Below are positions 42,666 through 50,826 of a stretch of 64,000 nt of DNA, in pieces (positions within the stretch are counted from its first letter, which is position 1; the number at the start of each line of letters is the position of its first letter). Made by a program: the position numbers and the translations under genes. Under the pieces are notes generated by a model. It was not told where the DNA came from. It did no database searches and saw nothing but the letters and a program-made list of their open reading frames with translations. Origin of the DNA: Candidatus Nanopelagicales bacterium (GTDB lineage Bacteria > Actinomycetota > Actinomycetes > S36-B12 > JBBQYX01). Location: positions 42 to 64,041 of the forward strand of contig JBBQYX010000009.1 of NCBI GenBank assembly GCA_038208295.1. The letters are read 5' to 3'.

Positions 42666-43627
42666 TGACCGCGGCCGGTCCGGTATTCGAAGCAGCGGCG
42701 CAGCACCCGTTCTGGGAGTGGGCGCTGGGAGTCCCGCTGCGCATCACCATCGTCGTCGCCGTCGCCCTGGTGGTGCAGTGGATCCTGATCCGGCTGATCA
42801 ACCGAGTGGTTCGCCGGATGGCCAGCAGCGCCCGCAAGGAGCGGCTGGGGCAGAGTCGGCGTGCTGCCCGGACCGCCGAACTCAGCGCACTATTGATGAG
42901 CGAGCGCCGTGAGCAGCGGGCCGAGGCGATCGGTTCTCTGCTGCGCAGCGTCGTACGCGTGGCCGTCTGGAGTATTGCCACACTCACCGTGCTGCCCGAG
43001 TTGGGCGTGCAGATCGCTCCCTTGCTCGCCAGTGCTGGCGTGGTCGGTGTGGCGCTGGGCTTCGGCGCCCAGACGCTGGTCAAGGACTACCTGTCCGGCA
43101 TTTTCCTGATCCTGGAAGACCAGTTCGGTGTCGGCGACGTCATCGACGTGGGGCCGGTGATCGGCACCGTGGAGGAGGTCACCCTGCGCGTCACCCGGTT
43201 GCGCGACCCTGGCGGCGTCGTGTGGTACATCCGCAACGGCGAGATTCTGCGGGTGGCCAACCGATCGCAAGGCTGGATGGTTGCCGTGGTCGACGTGCCG
43301 GTCGGCTACGACGAAGACCTCGACCGGGTCCGCGAGATCGTCGAGGCCGTCGCGGAGGACATGGACACCGACGAGCGCTACGACGACATGCTGCTCAGCC
43401 GCCCGGAGTTCGCCGGTGTGGAATCGGTGTCCGGCGACGCCATGTTCCTTCGGATCACCGCCCGCGCGGTGCCGCAGCAGACCGTCCCGTTGACGAGGGT
43501 CATCCGGGAACGGCTGAAACTGGCGTTCGACCGCGCCGGGATACGGGTGCCGATCCTGGCCCGGCCGCCGATCGACCCGGCGACCGGTACCGCCTTCGGC
43601 ACAGCGTCCGTGCCGCCGCCGAAGTAG
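42665..43627 (+). CDS. Mechanosensitive ion channel (MscS family)
   Basis: TAATG junction with the peptidase. VGVALGFGAQTLVKDYLSGIFLILEDQFGVGDVIDV is the MscS pore/beta-domain signature. Confidence 0.85.
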   Translation: MTAAGPVFEAAAQHPFWEWALGVPLRITIVVAVALVVQWILIRLINRVVRRMASSARKERLGQSRRAARTAELSALLMSERREQRAEAIGSLLRSVVRVAVWSIATLTVLPELGVQIAPLLASAGVVGVALGFGAQTLVKDYLSGIFLILEDQFGVGDVIDVGPVIGTVEEVTLRVTRLRDPGGVVWYIRNGEILRVANRSQGWMVAVVDVPVGYDEDLDRVREIVEAVAEDMDTDERYDDMLLSRPEFAGVESVSGDAMFLRITARAVPQQTVPLTRVIRERLKLAFDRAGIRVPILARPPIDPATGTAFGTASVPPPK

Positions 43628-43659
43628 CGGGCCGCGGGGTCGCGCAGCAGACTCAGCGC

Positions 43660-45273
43660 ATGGACGAATTAACCCTGGTCACCGGCGCGACCGGATACAT
43701 CGGCGGTCGGCTGGTGCCGGAACTGCTGGCAGCCGGTCGGCGGGTACGGGTCTTGGCCCGGCACCCCGAGCGATTGCGGGACCGCTCCTGGGTGGGCGAC
43801 GTGCAGATCGTGGCGGGGGACGCACACGAGCCGGACGACCTGGCCCGCGCCCTGGCTGGGGTAGGAGTCGCCTACTACCTGCTGCACTCCCTGCAGGCGG
43901 GAGCGGACCTGGAGGCGACCGAACGGGAGATCGCCCGGGGGTTCGCGGCGGCGGCCCGCGAAGCGGGAGTGCGGCGCATTGTCTACCTCGGCGGCCTGAT
44001 CCCGGACGTCGCGGACAAACGGCTGTCCCGGCACCTGCGCTCGCGCGCCGAGGTGGGCCGGATCCTGCGCAGCAGCGGCGTGCCCACGGCGGAACTGCGG
44101 GCCGCGGTCATCATCGGCTCGGGATCGGCGTCCTTCGAGATGCTGCGCTACCTGACCGAACGGCTCCCCGCGATGATCACGCCACGGTGGGTGCGTACGC
44201 GGACCCAACCCATCGCGATCCGCGACGTGCTGCGCTATCTGGTGGCCAGTGCGGACCTGCCGGCCGACGTCAACCGCAGCTTCGACATCGGCGGACCGGA
44301 GGTGCTCACATATCAGCGGATGATGAGCGGGTACGCCCGCGCCGCCGGGCTACGGGCTCGGATCATCCTGCCCGTGAACCTCCTGTCGCCGGGACTGTCC
44401 AGCCACTGGGTGGGCCTGGTGACCCCCGTACCGGCCACGATCGCCCGGCCGCTGGTCGAGTCGCTGCGCAACGAGGCAGTCTGCGGGGACCGTGACATCG
44501 CTGCGTATATCCCCGATCCGCCCGAGGGTCTGGTGCCCTTCGAGCGGTCGGTGGCGTTGGCTCTGACCCGGGTCCGGGACGCCCACGTGGTCACCCGATG
44601 GTCATCGGCGTCGGTTCCCGGGGTCCCGAGCGACCCGCTGCCGACCGACCCGGACTGGTCCGGTGGCAGTCTTTACACCGACGTACGGGAGGTCAGCGCC
44701 GACGCGCCGCAGGAGGCGCTGTGGTCGGTGGTCGAAGGCATTGGCGGCGCGACCGGCTGGTATGCCGGGGACTTCCTGTGGCGCATCCGAGGCCTGATGG
44801 ACCGCGCGGTGGGCGGGGTCGGGCTGCGCCGTGGCCGCCGCGATGCGCAGCGACTCGAGGTCGGGGACGCGCTGGACTTCTGGCGGGTCGAGGAGCGCAT
44901 CCCGCCGAGCCTGCTGCGGTTGCGCGCGGAGATGAAGCTACCTGGCCTGGCCTGGCTGGAGTTCCGGGTCGAGTCCCTGCCTGGCGATCGTTCGCAACTG
45001 CTGCAGCGCGCCGTCTTCCACCCCCGCGGCCTGGCCGGGCATGCGTACTGGTGGTCTGTAGCGCCGTTCCATGCCTTCGTGTTTCGGCCCATGGCCGAAC
45101 GAATTGCTGCGGCGGCAGCGGCCCGGTGGGTCCCGCTCGACGCGGTCCACCCGGAGTCGGTCGATGCGGTGCCCCCGCCGCCGGGCGATGCTGTTGCTGC
45201 GCGGATGGACACCGCCGCTGCGCAGATGGTGGCCGCGGGGCTGCCGCTGGAGGCGCCCAGCCGCAGCGCCTGA
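43660..45273 (+). CDS. SDR-family NAD(P)-binding protein fused to a DUF2867-like C-terminal domain
   Basis: MDELTLVTGATGYIGGRLV Rossmann motif. C-terminal region GWYAGDFLWRIRGLMDR..GDALDFWRVE..LRLRAEMKLPGLAWLEF. The ORF-track start 43222 overlaps mscS out of frame. Confidence 0.8.
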   Translation: MDELTLVTGATGYIGGRLVPELLAAGRRVRVLARHPERLRDRSWVGDVQIVAGDAHEPDDLARALAGVGVAYYLLHSLQAGADLEATEREIARGFAAAAREAGVRRIVYLGGLIPDVADKRLSRHLRSRAEVGRILRSSGVPTAELRAAVIIGSGSASFEMLRYLTERLPAMITPRWVRTRTQPIAIRDVLRYLVASADLPADVNRSFDIGGPEVLTYQRMMSGYARAAGLRARIILPVNLLSPGLSSHWVGLVTPVPATIARPLVESLRNEAVCGDRDIAAYIPDPPEGLVPFERSVALALTRVRDAHVVTRWSSASVPGVPSDPLPTDPDWSGGSLYTDVREVSADAPQEALWSVVEGIGGATGWYAGDFLWRIRGLMDRAVGGVGLRRGRRDAQRLEVGDALDFWRVEERIPPSLLRLRAEMKLPGLAWLEFRVESLPGDRSQLLQRAVFHPRGLAGHAYWWSVAPFHAFVFRPMAERIAAAAAARWVPLDAVHPESVDAVPPPPGDAVAARMDTAAAQMVAAGLPLEAPSRSA

Positions 45274-45299
45274 CGTCCCCGCCACGGCAGACTGGCCCG

Positions 45300-45740
45300 G
45301 TGAGCACGCCCGCGGACTCCCCCCGCCAGCCGACCCCGTACGAGTTGTTCGGCGGTGAACGGTTCTTCACTGATCTCGTCGCGGCCTTCTACGCCGGCGT
45401 CGCCCAGGACCCGGTGCTCCGTGCCCTGTACCCCGAGGAGGACCTCGGACCGGCGGAGCGGCGGCTGCGGCTGTTCCTCATCCAATACTGGGGCGGACCG
45501 ACCACGTACTCCGCCGAGCGCGGCCACCCTCGGCTGCGGATGCGACACCAGCCGTTCGTTGTCGATGAAGGCGCTCGAGACCACTGGCTGGCCCACATGC
45601 GCGCGGCACTGGACGCACAGCCTCCGCTGGAGCCGGCCCTGCACGATGCCCTGTGGGGGTATCTGCTCAACGCCGCGCAGGCGATGGTCAACGTCCCGCT
45701 GGTAAGCCCACCCGGAACCCTGCTGCGCGGCACCGACTGA
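45300..45740 (+). CDS. glbO: Group II truncated haemoglobin
   Basis: TPYELFGGERFFTDLVAAFYAGVAQDPVLRALYPEEDLGPAERRLRLFLIQYWGGPTTYSAERGHPRLRMRHQPF. GTG 45300. The ORF-track extension from 44598 overlaps the SDR gene. Confidence 0.85.
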   Translation: MSTPADSPRQPTPYELFGGERFFTDLVAAFYAGVAQDPVLRALYPEEDLGPAERRLRLFLIQYWGGPTTYSAERGHPRLRMRHQPFVVDEGARDHWLAHMRAALDAQPPLEPALHDALWGYLLNAAQAMVNVPLVSPPGTLLRGTD

Positions 45741-45796
45741 CCTCTGCGCGCCCCCAAGGCGGCAGCCGGGAGGTTCCCAAGCCACAATGGCGCCCC

Positions 45797-47638
45797 GTGA
45801 CGCAGCCCTCCACCGTGCCGACCGCCATTGCCGACGCCATTGCCGACGCCCCTGCAGACGGCTCTGCCGAAACCACTGCAGACGCGCCCGAATGGTGGCG
45901 TACGGCCGTGATCTATCAGATCTACCCCCGTTCGTACGCCGACGGCGACGGCGACGGGATGGGCGACCTGGGCGGCATCCGGGCGCGGCTGCAACACATC
46001 GCTGACCTGGGCGCCGACGCCATCTGGCTCTCGCCGTTCTACCGCTCGCCCATGCTCGACGGCGGCTACGACGTGGCCGACTATCGGGCCGTAGACCCGA
46101 TGTTCGGCGACGTTGCCGACGTGGAGGAGTTGATCCGCCAGGCCCACAGGCTCGGGCTCCGAGTGCTGATCGACATCGTGCCGAACCACACGTCCGACCG
46201 GCACGAGTGGTTCGTCGAGGCGCAGGGCTCGCAACTACCGACCGCCGCGGGGGTCGCACCACGGACCAAACTGCAGGAGGGGCCCTGGCGTCGCTACCAC
46301 TGCGTACGCGGCAACGGCGAGGCTGGAACTGAACCGCCTAACGACTGGCAGTCCACTTTTGGCGGCCCAGCATGGACACCCATCCCGGACGGTTTCGGAA
46401 AACCCAGCGGCTGGCACTACCTGCATCTGTTCGACGCCAGCCAGCCCGACCTGGACTGGGGCTGCCCCGACGTGATCGAGGAGTTCCACGCGATCCTGCG
46501 GTTCTGGTTCGACCGGGGCGCAGACGGGTTCCGGATCGATGTCGCACACGGCCTGGTGAAGGCCGCGGGATATCCCGACGCCGGGGAGGCACCCAGCCAT
46601 GCGGCGCACCTGCCGCAGGACGAGGAGAACGGACCGGATCCCCGCTGGGACCAGCCGGGGGTGCACGAGGTGTTCCGGGGTTGGCGGCGGGTCGCGGACA
46701 CGTACGACCCGCCGAAAGTATTCGTGGGTGAGGTGTGGGTGGAGACCCCACGAGCCCTTGCGAACTATCTGCGACCGGATGAGCTGCACACCGCGTTCAA
46801 CTTCGATCACCTGAAATCCCCCTGGCATGCAGCGACTCTGCGTCGTGTGATCGACGACTCGCGGGCCGCACACGCACTGGTCGGAGCGACCGCAACCTGG
46901 GTTCTGGAGAATCACGACGTATGGCGGGCGCGGACCCGGTACGCCCCGGTGCGTGCCCGGGACGAGACCGGCGACAACGTCGTCCAGCACCGCACTGGTG
47001 ACCTCACGGCCGCTGCACTGGACGAGTCCCTGCTGATCCGCGACATCGAGGTCGGCCTGTCCCGGGCCTGCGCAGGGATGCTGGTCATGCTCGCGTTGCC
47101 GGGTTCGGCGTACCTCTATCAGGGTCAGGAGCTCGGCTTGTTCGAGGTGCTTGACCTGCCCGCCTCAGCGCGGCAGGACCCGGTGTTCCTGCGTACCGAC
47201 GGCCTGGCCCTGGGTCGGGACGGCTGCCGAGTGCCGATCCCCTGGTCGGGCACCGAACCGTCGTACGGGTTCGGGGCGGCGTCAAGATCCTGGCTGCCGC
47301 AACCGGATGCCTGGGCCGATTTGTCCGTCGCCGCGCAGACCGGCGTCACCGACTCGACCCTGAGACTCACCCGCCAGGCACTACAGATCCGACGAGAACA
47401 GTCGGCCCTCGGTTTCGGCGACATGACGTGGGACACGCACGACCTGGGCCGCAAGGTCCTGTCGTTCACTCGCCCGGGGCGTCCCGGTGTGCGCTGCGTG
47501 GTGAACATGTCCACCGACGACGTGGCCCTGCCAGCCGCCTGGGGCCTGTCGCCCCTGCTCGGCTCCGGGCCGGCGGTGAAACTTCGCGGCTATCAACTCG
47601 TGCTGCCCGTAGACCACGCCGTCTGGCTGCCGGCCTGA
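45797..47638 (+). CDS. aglA: GH13 alpha-glucosidase
   Basis: WWRTAVIYQIYPRSYADGDGDGMGDLGGI, DAIWLSPFYRSPMLDGGYDVADY, LRVLIDIVPNHTSDRHEWF, GFRIDVAHG, VGEVW. The start is uncertain (GTG 45797 chosen). Confidence 0.85.
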   Translation: MTQPSTVPTAIADAIADAPADGSAETTADAPEWWRTAVIYQIYPRSYADGDGDGMGDLGGIRARLQHIADLGADAIWLSPFYRSPMLDGGYDVADYRAVDPMFGDVADVEELIRQAHRLGLRVLIDIVPNHTSDRHEWFVEAQGSQLPTAAGVAPRTKLQEGPWRRYHCVRGNGEAGTEPPNDWQSTFGGPAWTPIPDGFGKPSGWHYLHLFDASQPDLDWGCPDVIEEFHAILRFWFDRGADGFRIDVAHGLVKAAGYPDAGEAPSHAAHLPQDEENGPDPRWDQPGVHEVFRGWRRVADTYDPPKVFVGEVWVETPRALANYLRPDELHTAFNFDHLKSPWHAATLRRVIDDSRAAHALVGATATWVLENHDVWRARTRYAPVRARDETGDNVVQHRTGDLTAAALDESLLIRDIEVGLSRACAGMLVMLALPGSAYLYQGQELGLFEVLDLPASARQDPVFLRTDGLALGRDGCRVPIPWSGTEPSYGFGAASRSWLPQPDAWADLSVAAQTGVTDSTLRLTRQALQIRREQSALGFGDMTWDTHDLGRKVLSFTRPGRPGVRCVVNMSTDDVALPAAWGLSPLLGSGPAVKLRGYQLVLPVDHAVWLPA

Positions 47639-47669
47639 GCAGCAGACGACGGGTCAAACGGGTGAACGG

Positions 47670-49367
47670 TTAGCCGCGGCTGAGCTTGCGGTAGGTCGCG
47701 CGGTGGGGACGGGCGGCGTCGATGCCGAGACGCTCGACCTTGTTCTTCTCGTAGGACTCGTAATTACCCTCGAACCAGAACCACTGCGAGTCACCCTCGT
47801 ACGCCAGGATGTGCGTGGCAATGCGGTCAAGGAACCAGCGGTCATGGGACGTGATCACTGCGCAGCCAGGGAATTCGAGCAGTGCGTTCTCCAGCGAACC
47901 CAGCGTCTCCACGTCGAGGTCGTTGGTGGGCTCATCCAGCAGCAGCATGTTGCCGCCCATCTTCAATGTCAGCGCCAGATTGAGCCGGTTGCGCTCGCCG
48001 CCGGACAGCACTCCCGCCGGCTTCTGCTGGTCGGGACCCTTGAACCCGAAGGCGCCCACATAGGCCCGCGACGGCATCTCGACCTGTCCGACCTTCATCC
48101 AGTCGAGCTCGTCCGAAACGACCTGCCACACGTTCTTGGTTGGGTCCAAACCGGATCTGGACTGATCGACGTACGACAGCTTCACCGTGTCACCGACCCG
48201 CAGGTCACCGGAGTCGGGCAGCACGTCCTTGTCGTCCGAGCCCCCCTCGGCAGTGGCCACGATCATCTTGAACAGCGTTGTCTTGCCGACGCCGTTCGGG
48301 CCAATGACGCCGACTATGCCGTTGCGCGGCAATGTGAAGGACAGGTCGTCGATCAGCAGCCGGTCACCGAAACCTTTGGTGAGACCCTTGGCCTCGACGA
48401 CCAGGCTGCCCAACCGCGGGCCCGGCGGGATCTGGATCTCCTCGAAGTCGAGTTTTCGAGTCTTCTCCGCCTCGGTGGCCATCTCCTCGTAGCGGGCCAG
48501 CCGGCTGCGCGACTTGGTCTGCCGAGCCTTTGCGTTGGAGCGCACCCACTCCAACTCGTCCTCCAACCGCCTGCGCAGCTTCGCGTCCTTCTGGCCCTCC
48601 ACTTTCAGCCGCTTGGCCTTGGTGTCCAGGTAGGTCGAGTAGTTGCCCTCGTACGGGAAGGCCCGACCGCGGTCCAGTTCGAGAATCCACTGCGCCACGT
48701 TGTCCAGGAAGTACCGGTCGTGGGTGATCGCGATCACCCTGCCCTCGTATTTCTCCCGATGCTGCTCCAGCCACTGCACGCTCTCGGCGTCCAGGTGGTT
48801 GGTGGGCTCATCCAGCAGGAGCAGGCCGGGTTGCTGCAGCAGGAGCTTGCACAGGGCGACGCGGCGGCGCTCGCCGCCCGACAACACGGTCACGTCCGCA
48901 TCGCCGGGCGGACAGCGCAAGGCGTCCATGGCCTGTTCCAATTGGGAGTCAAGATCCCAAGCATTGAGGTGGTCGATCTTCTCCTGCAGTGTTCCCATCT
49001 CGGCGAGCAGGGTGTCGTAGTCGGCATCCGGGTCGGCCAATTCCGCGGAGATCTCGTTGAACCGGTCCACCATCGCCTTGGTCTGGGCCACGCCCTCCTC
49101 GACGTTGCCCAAAACGTCCTTGTCCTCGTTCAGCACCGGCTCCTGCGAGAGGATGCCGACCGTGTAACCGGCACTCAGGGTGGCGTCCCCGTTCGACACG
49201 TGCTCCAGCCCGGCCATGATCTTGATCAGGGTGGACTTGCCAGCCCCGTTGGGGCCCACCACGCCGATCTTCGCACCGGGCAGGAACGACAGGGTCACGT
49301 CGTCCAAAATGACCTTGTCGCCATGAGCCTTCCGGGCCTTGCGCAGGGTGTAGATGAACTCAGCCAT
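47670..49367 (-). CDS. ettA: ABC-F translation factor EttA
   Basis: MAEFIYTLRKARKAHGDKVILDDV N-terminus. Two ABC cassettes (GVVGPNGAGKST / LSGGERRRVALCKLL; GVIGPNGVGKTT / LSGGERNRLNLA) and no TM domain. Confidence 0.95.
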   Translation of the reverse strand: MAEFIYTLRKARKAHGDKVILDDVTLSFLPGAKIGVVGPNGAGKSTLIKIMAGLEHVSNGDATLSAGYTVGILSQEPVLNEDKDVLGNVEEGVAQTKAMVDRFNEISAELADPDADYDTLLAEMGTLQEKIDHLNAWDLDSQLEQAMDALRCPPGDADVTVLSGGERRRVALCKLLLQQPGLLLLDEPTNHLDAESVQWLEQHREKYEGRVIAITHDRYFLDNVAQWILELDRGRAFPYEGNYSTYLDTKAKRLKVEGQKDAKLRRRLEDELEWVRSNAKARQTKSRSRLARYEEMATEAEKTRKLDFEEIQIPPGPRLGSLVVEAKGLTKGFGDRLLIDDLSFTLPRNGIVGVIGPNGVGKTTLFKMIVATAEGGSDDKDVLPDSGDLRVGDTVKLSYVDQSRSGLDPTKNVWQVVSDELDWMKVGQVEMPSRAYVGAFGFKGPDQQKPAGVLSGGERNRLNLALTLKMGGNMLLLDEPTNDLDVETLGSLENALLEFPGCAVITSHDRWFLDRIATHILAYEGDSQWFWFEGNYESYEKNKVERLGIDAARPHRATYRKLSRG

Positions 49368-49443
49368 GGGCCAGGAGCCTAGCCGCCGAACTGCTTGTGC
49401 CCGCCTCCCGTCGACCGGCCAACCGGGCGGGCCGGACCTGGGA

Positions 49444-50076
49444 TCAGGCCGCCCGGATCTTCTCAGCATCGACGTCACGGTCTCGTAGCATCGTTTCCGC
49501 GAGTTCACCGACCGCCGCGATCGCCGCGCGTGCACCGCTATCCGGGACCTCGATCAGTTCCCCTGTCTCGGGGTCTGCGAGCAGCCGCACCCTGACCGGT
49601 GTCCCGGCAGCCGCGTCGATCGCGGTATCCCGGGCTGCCGTAGCCGGGGCCACGGAACTCAACGCGATGGACACCGCCTGCGCCTCGGCCCGGGCGACCG
49701 CCTCGCGCTTGGTGCGGGTGAACACCGCCGTACCGCGGGACAGATCGGGACCCACGGTGACCGCCTCCACTTCGGTGAAGTACGTACGCGTCGACTGGCC
49801 GGCCACCTCACGCAGTACCTCACGCACCCGCAGCCGACCGGTGACGACGACCGGCATCCCTTTGACCACAGACTGCGCCACGTTGCTGGCCAAGCCGCGC
49901 CAGCAGGAGACGGACAGGAACGAGGTGTCCCCGTCCAACCATGACCCGCTCCCCTGGTCGAACCGCCGAGGTGTGCAGGCGATCCGAAAGGAGGCGACCG
50001 AGTGCCCCCGCGGGGTTTGCCGCAAGGCGACGTCCGTGACGACATTGCCGACCATCGTGACGTTCAGCTCATTCAT
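49444..50076 (-). CDS. SSB-like OB-fold protein lacking the acidic C-terminal tip (Rv2478c-like)
   Basis: MNELNVTMVGNVVTDVALRQTPRGHSVASFRIA...TSFLSVSCWRGLASNVAQSVVKGMPVVVTGRLRV has the SSB OB-fold pattern. The C-terminus ends ..VDAEKIRAA, with no Gly-rich linker or DDxxF tip. Confidence 0.75.
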   Translation of the reverse strand: MNELNVTMVGNVVTDVALRQTPRGHSVASFRIACTPRRFDQGSGSWLDGDTSFLSVSCWRGLASNVAQSVVKGMPVVVTGRLRVREVLREVAGQSTRTYFTEVEAVTVGPDLSRGTAVFTRTKREAVARAEAQAVSIALSSVAPATAARDTAIDAAAGTPVRVRLLADPETGELIEVPDSGARAAIAAVGELAETMLRDRDVDAEKIRAA

Positions 50077-50254
50077 AACGCGCTCCTGGAGTCGGTCGGC
50101 GCACCCGGTGGGCACCGGCAGGACACCGACCCTCGTGCGGTGCAGCCACACCAGGGAGCCCGACGCCGCATCCTGGGGACACACCCACCGAATCGGCCGC
50201 CGCTGTGGACACTCGTTGCAGGCCCGTCAGCGACCGCTGACCGGTGATCGACCG

Positions 50255-50545
50255 CTACACCGTGTCCTCGGAGCGGCGTGCCTCGTACTGCGAGCGGCCG
50301 GTGGTGATGCCCGCCTGGTCGTCGGCGACGCGTGCCTCGGAGTCCGCCAAGATGGCGCGCGCCTGCGCCTGCGGATCGTCGCTGCCGACCGCCTGCTCCT
50401 CGGGCAGCAGCTGAGCCCGACTCACGCTGGGATCGGACGACTCATCGCTGCGGTGGTCAAGGCTGGCGGTGGTGGCGGACGGTTCGCTCGCAGGAGGCGT
50501 GGGTTTGGTCACGCCGACCGTGTACCCCGACGCCGCGACGATCAT
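50255..50545 (-). CDS. Hypothetical acidic protein, uncertain
   Basis: High third-position GC in this frame. No recognisable family. Start ambiguous (ATG 50545 chosen). Confidence 0.3.
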   Translation of the reverse strand: MIVAASGYTVGVTKPTPPASEPSATTASLDHRSDESSDPSVSRAQLLPEEQAVGSDDPQAQARAILADSEARVADDQAGITTGRSQYEARRSEDTV

Positions 50546-50663
50546 GCCGGCCCTGACCAGGGCATGTCGCCACGCCCCGGCACTGCCATACCCCCGTCGG
50601 CGGTGTGACCAGGCGCCACCGGCCCGCGGACTTGACACAATGCGAGGCGATGCTGGTCATCCG

Positions 50664-50739
50664 GCGCCCGTAGCTCAACGGATAGAGCAACCGGTTTCTA
50701 CCCGGTCGGCTGGGGGTTCGAATCCCTCCGGGCGCGCCA
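50664..50739 (+). tRNA. tRNA-Arg (anticodon UCU)
   Basis: Folded by hand. Acceptor GCGCCCG/CGGGCGC, D-arm GCTC-AACGGATA-GAGC, anticodon arm ACCGG-TTTCTAC-CCGGT (TCT at positions 34-36, U33, A37), 5-nt variable loop, T-arm GGGGG-TTCGAAT-CCCTC, discriminator G, encoded CCA. Confidence 0.9.
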
Positions 50740-50826
50740 CCGCGAGAGGATGTGCCCGGCCACAGCGGGGTGGCAGGTCGGCCCCCGGTTGGCCATCGGG
50801 AGTCCGGGGCACGCAGGATCAGGGGC

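Noticed and set aside
44673-46262. 529-aa minus-strand ORF spanning the SDR gene, glbO and the aglA 5' end
   Set aside because: It crosses three independently supported plus-strand genes and two intergenic gaps. It is an Arg/Pro/Ala-rich artefact.
47703-49382. 559-aa plus-strand ORF antisense to ettA (and the similar 403-aa ORF at 49397..50608, antisense to the ssb-like gene)
   Set aside because: They overlap strongly conserved genes on the other strand. Their composition (Val/Gly/Arg/Gln/His-rich, no motifs) is typical of antisense frames in high-GC DNA.
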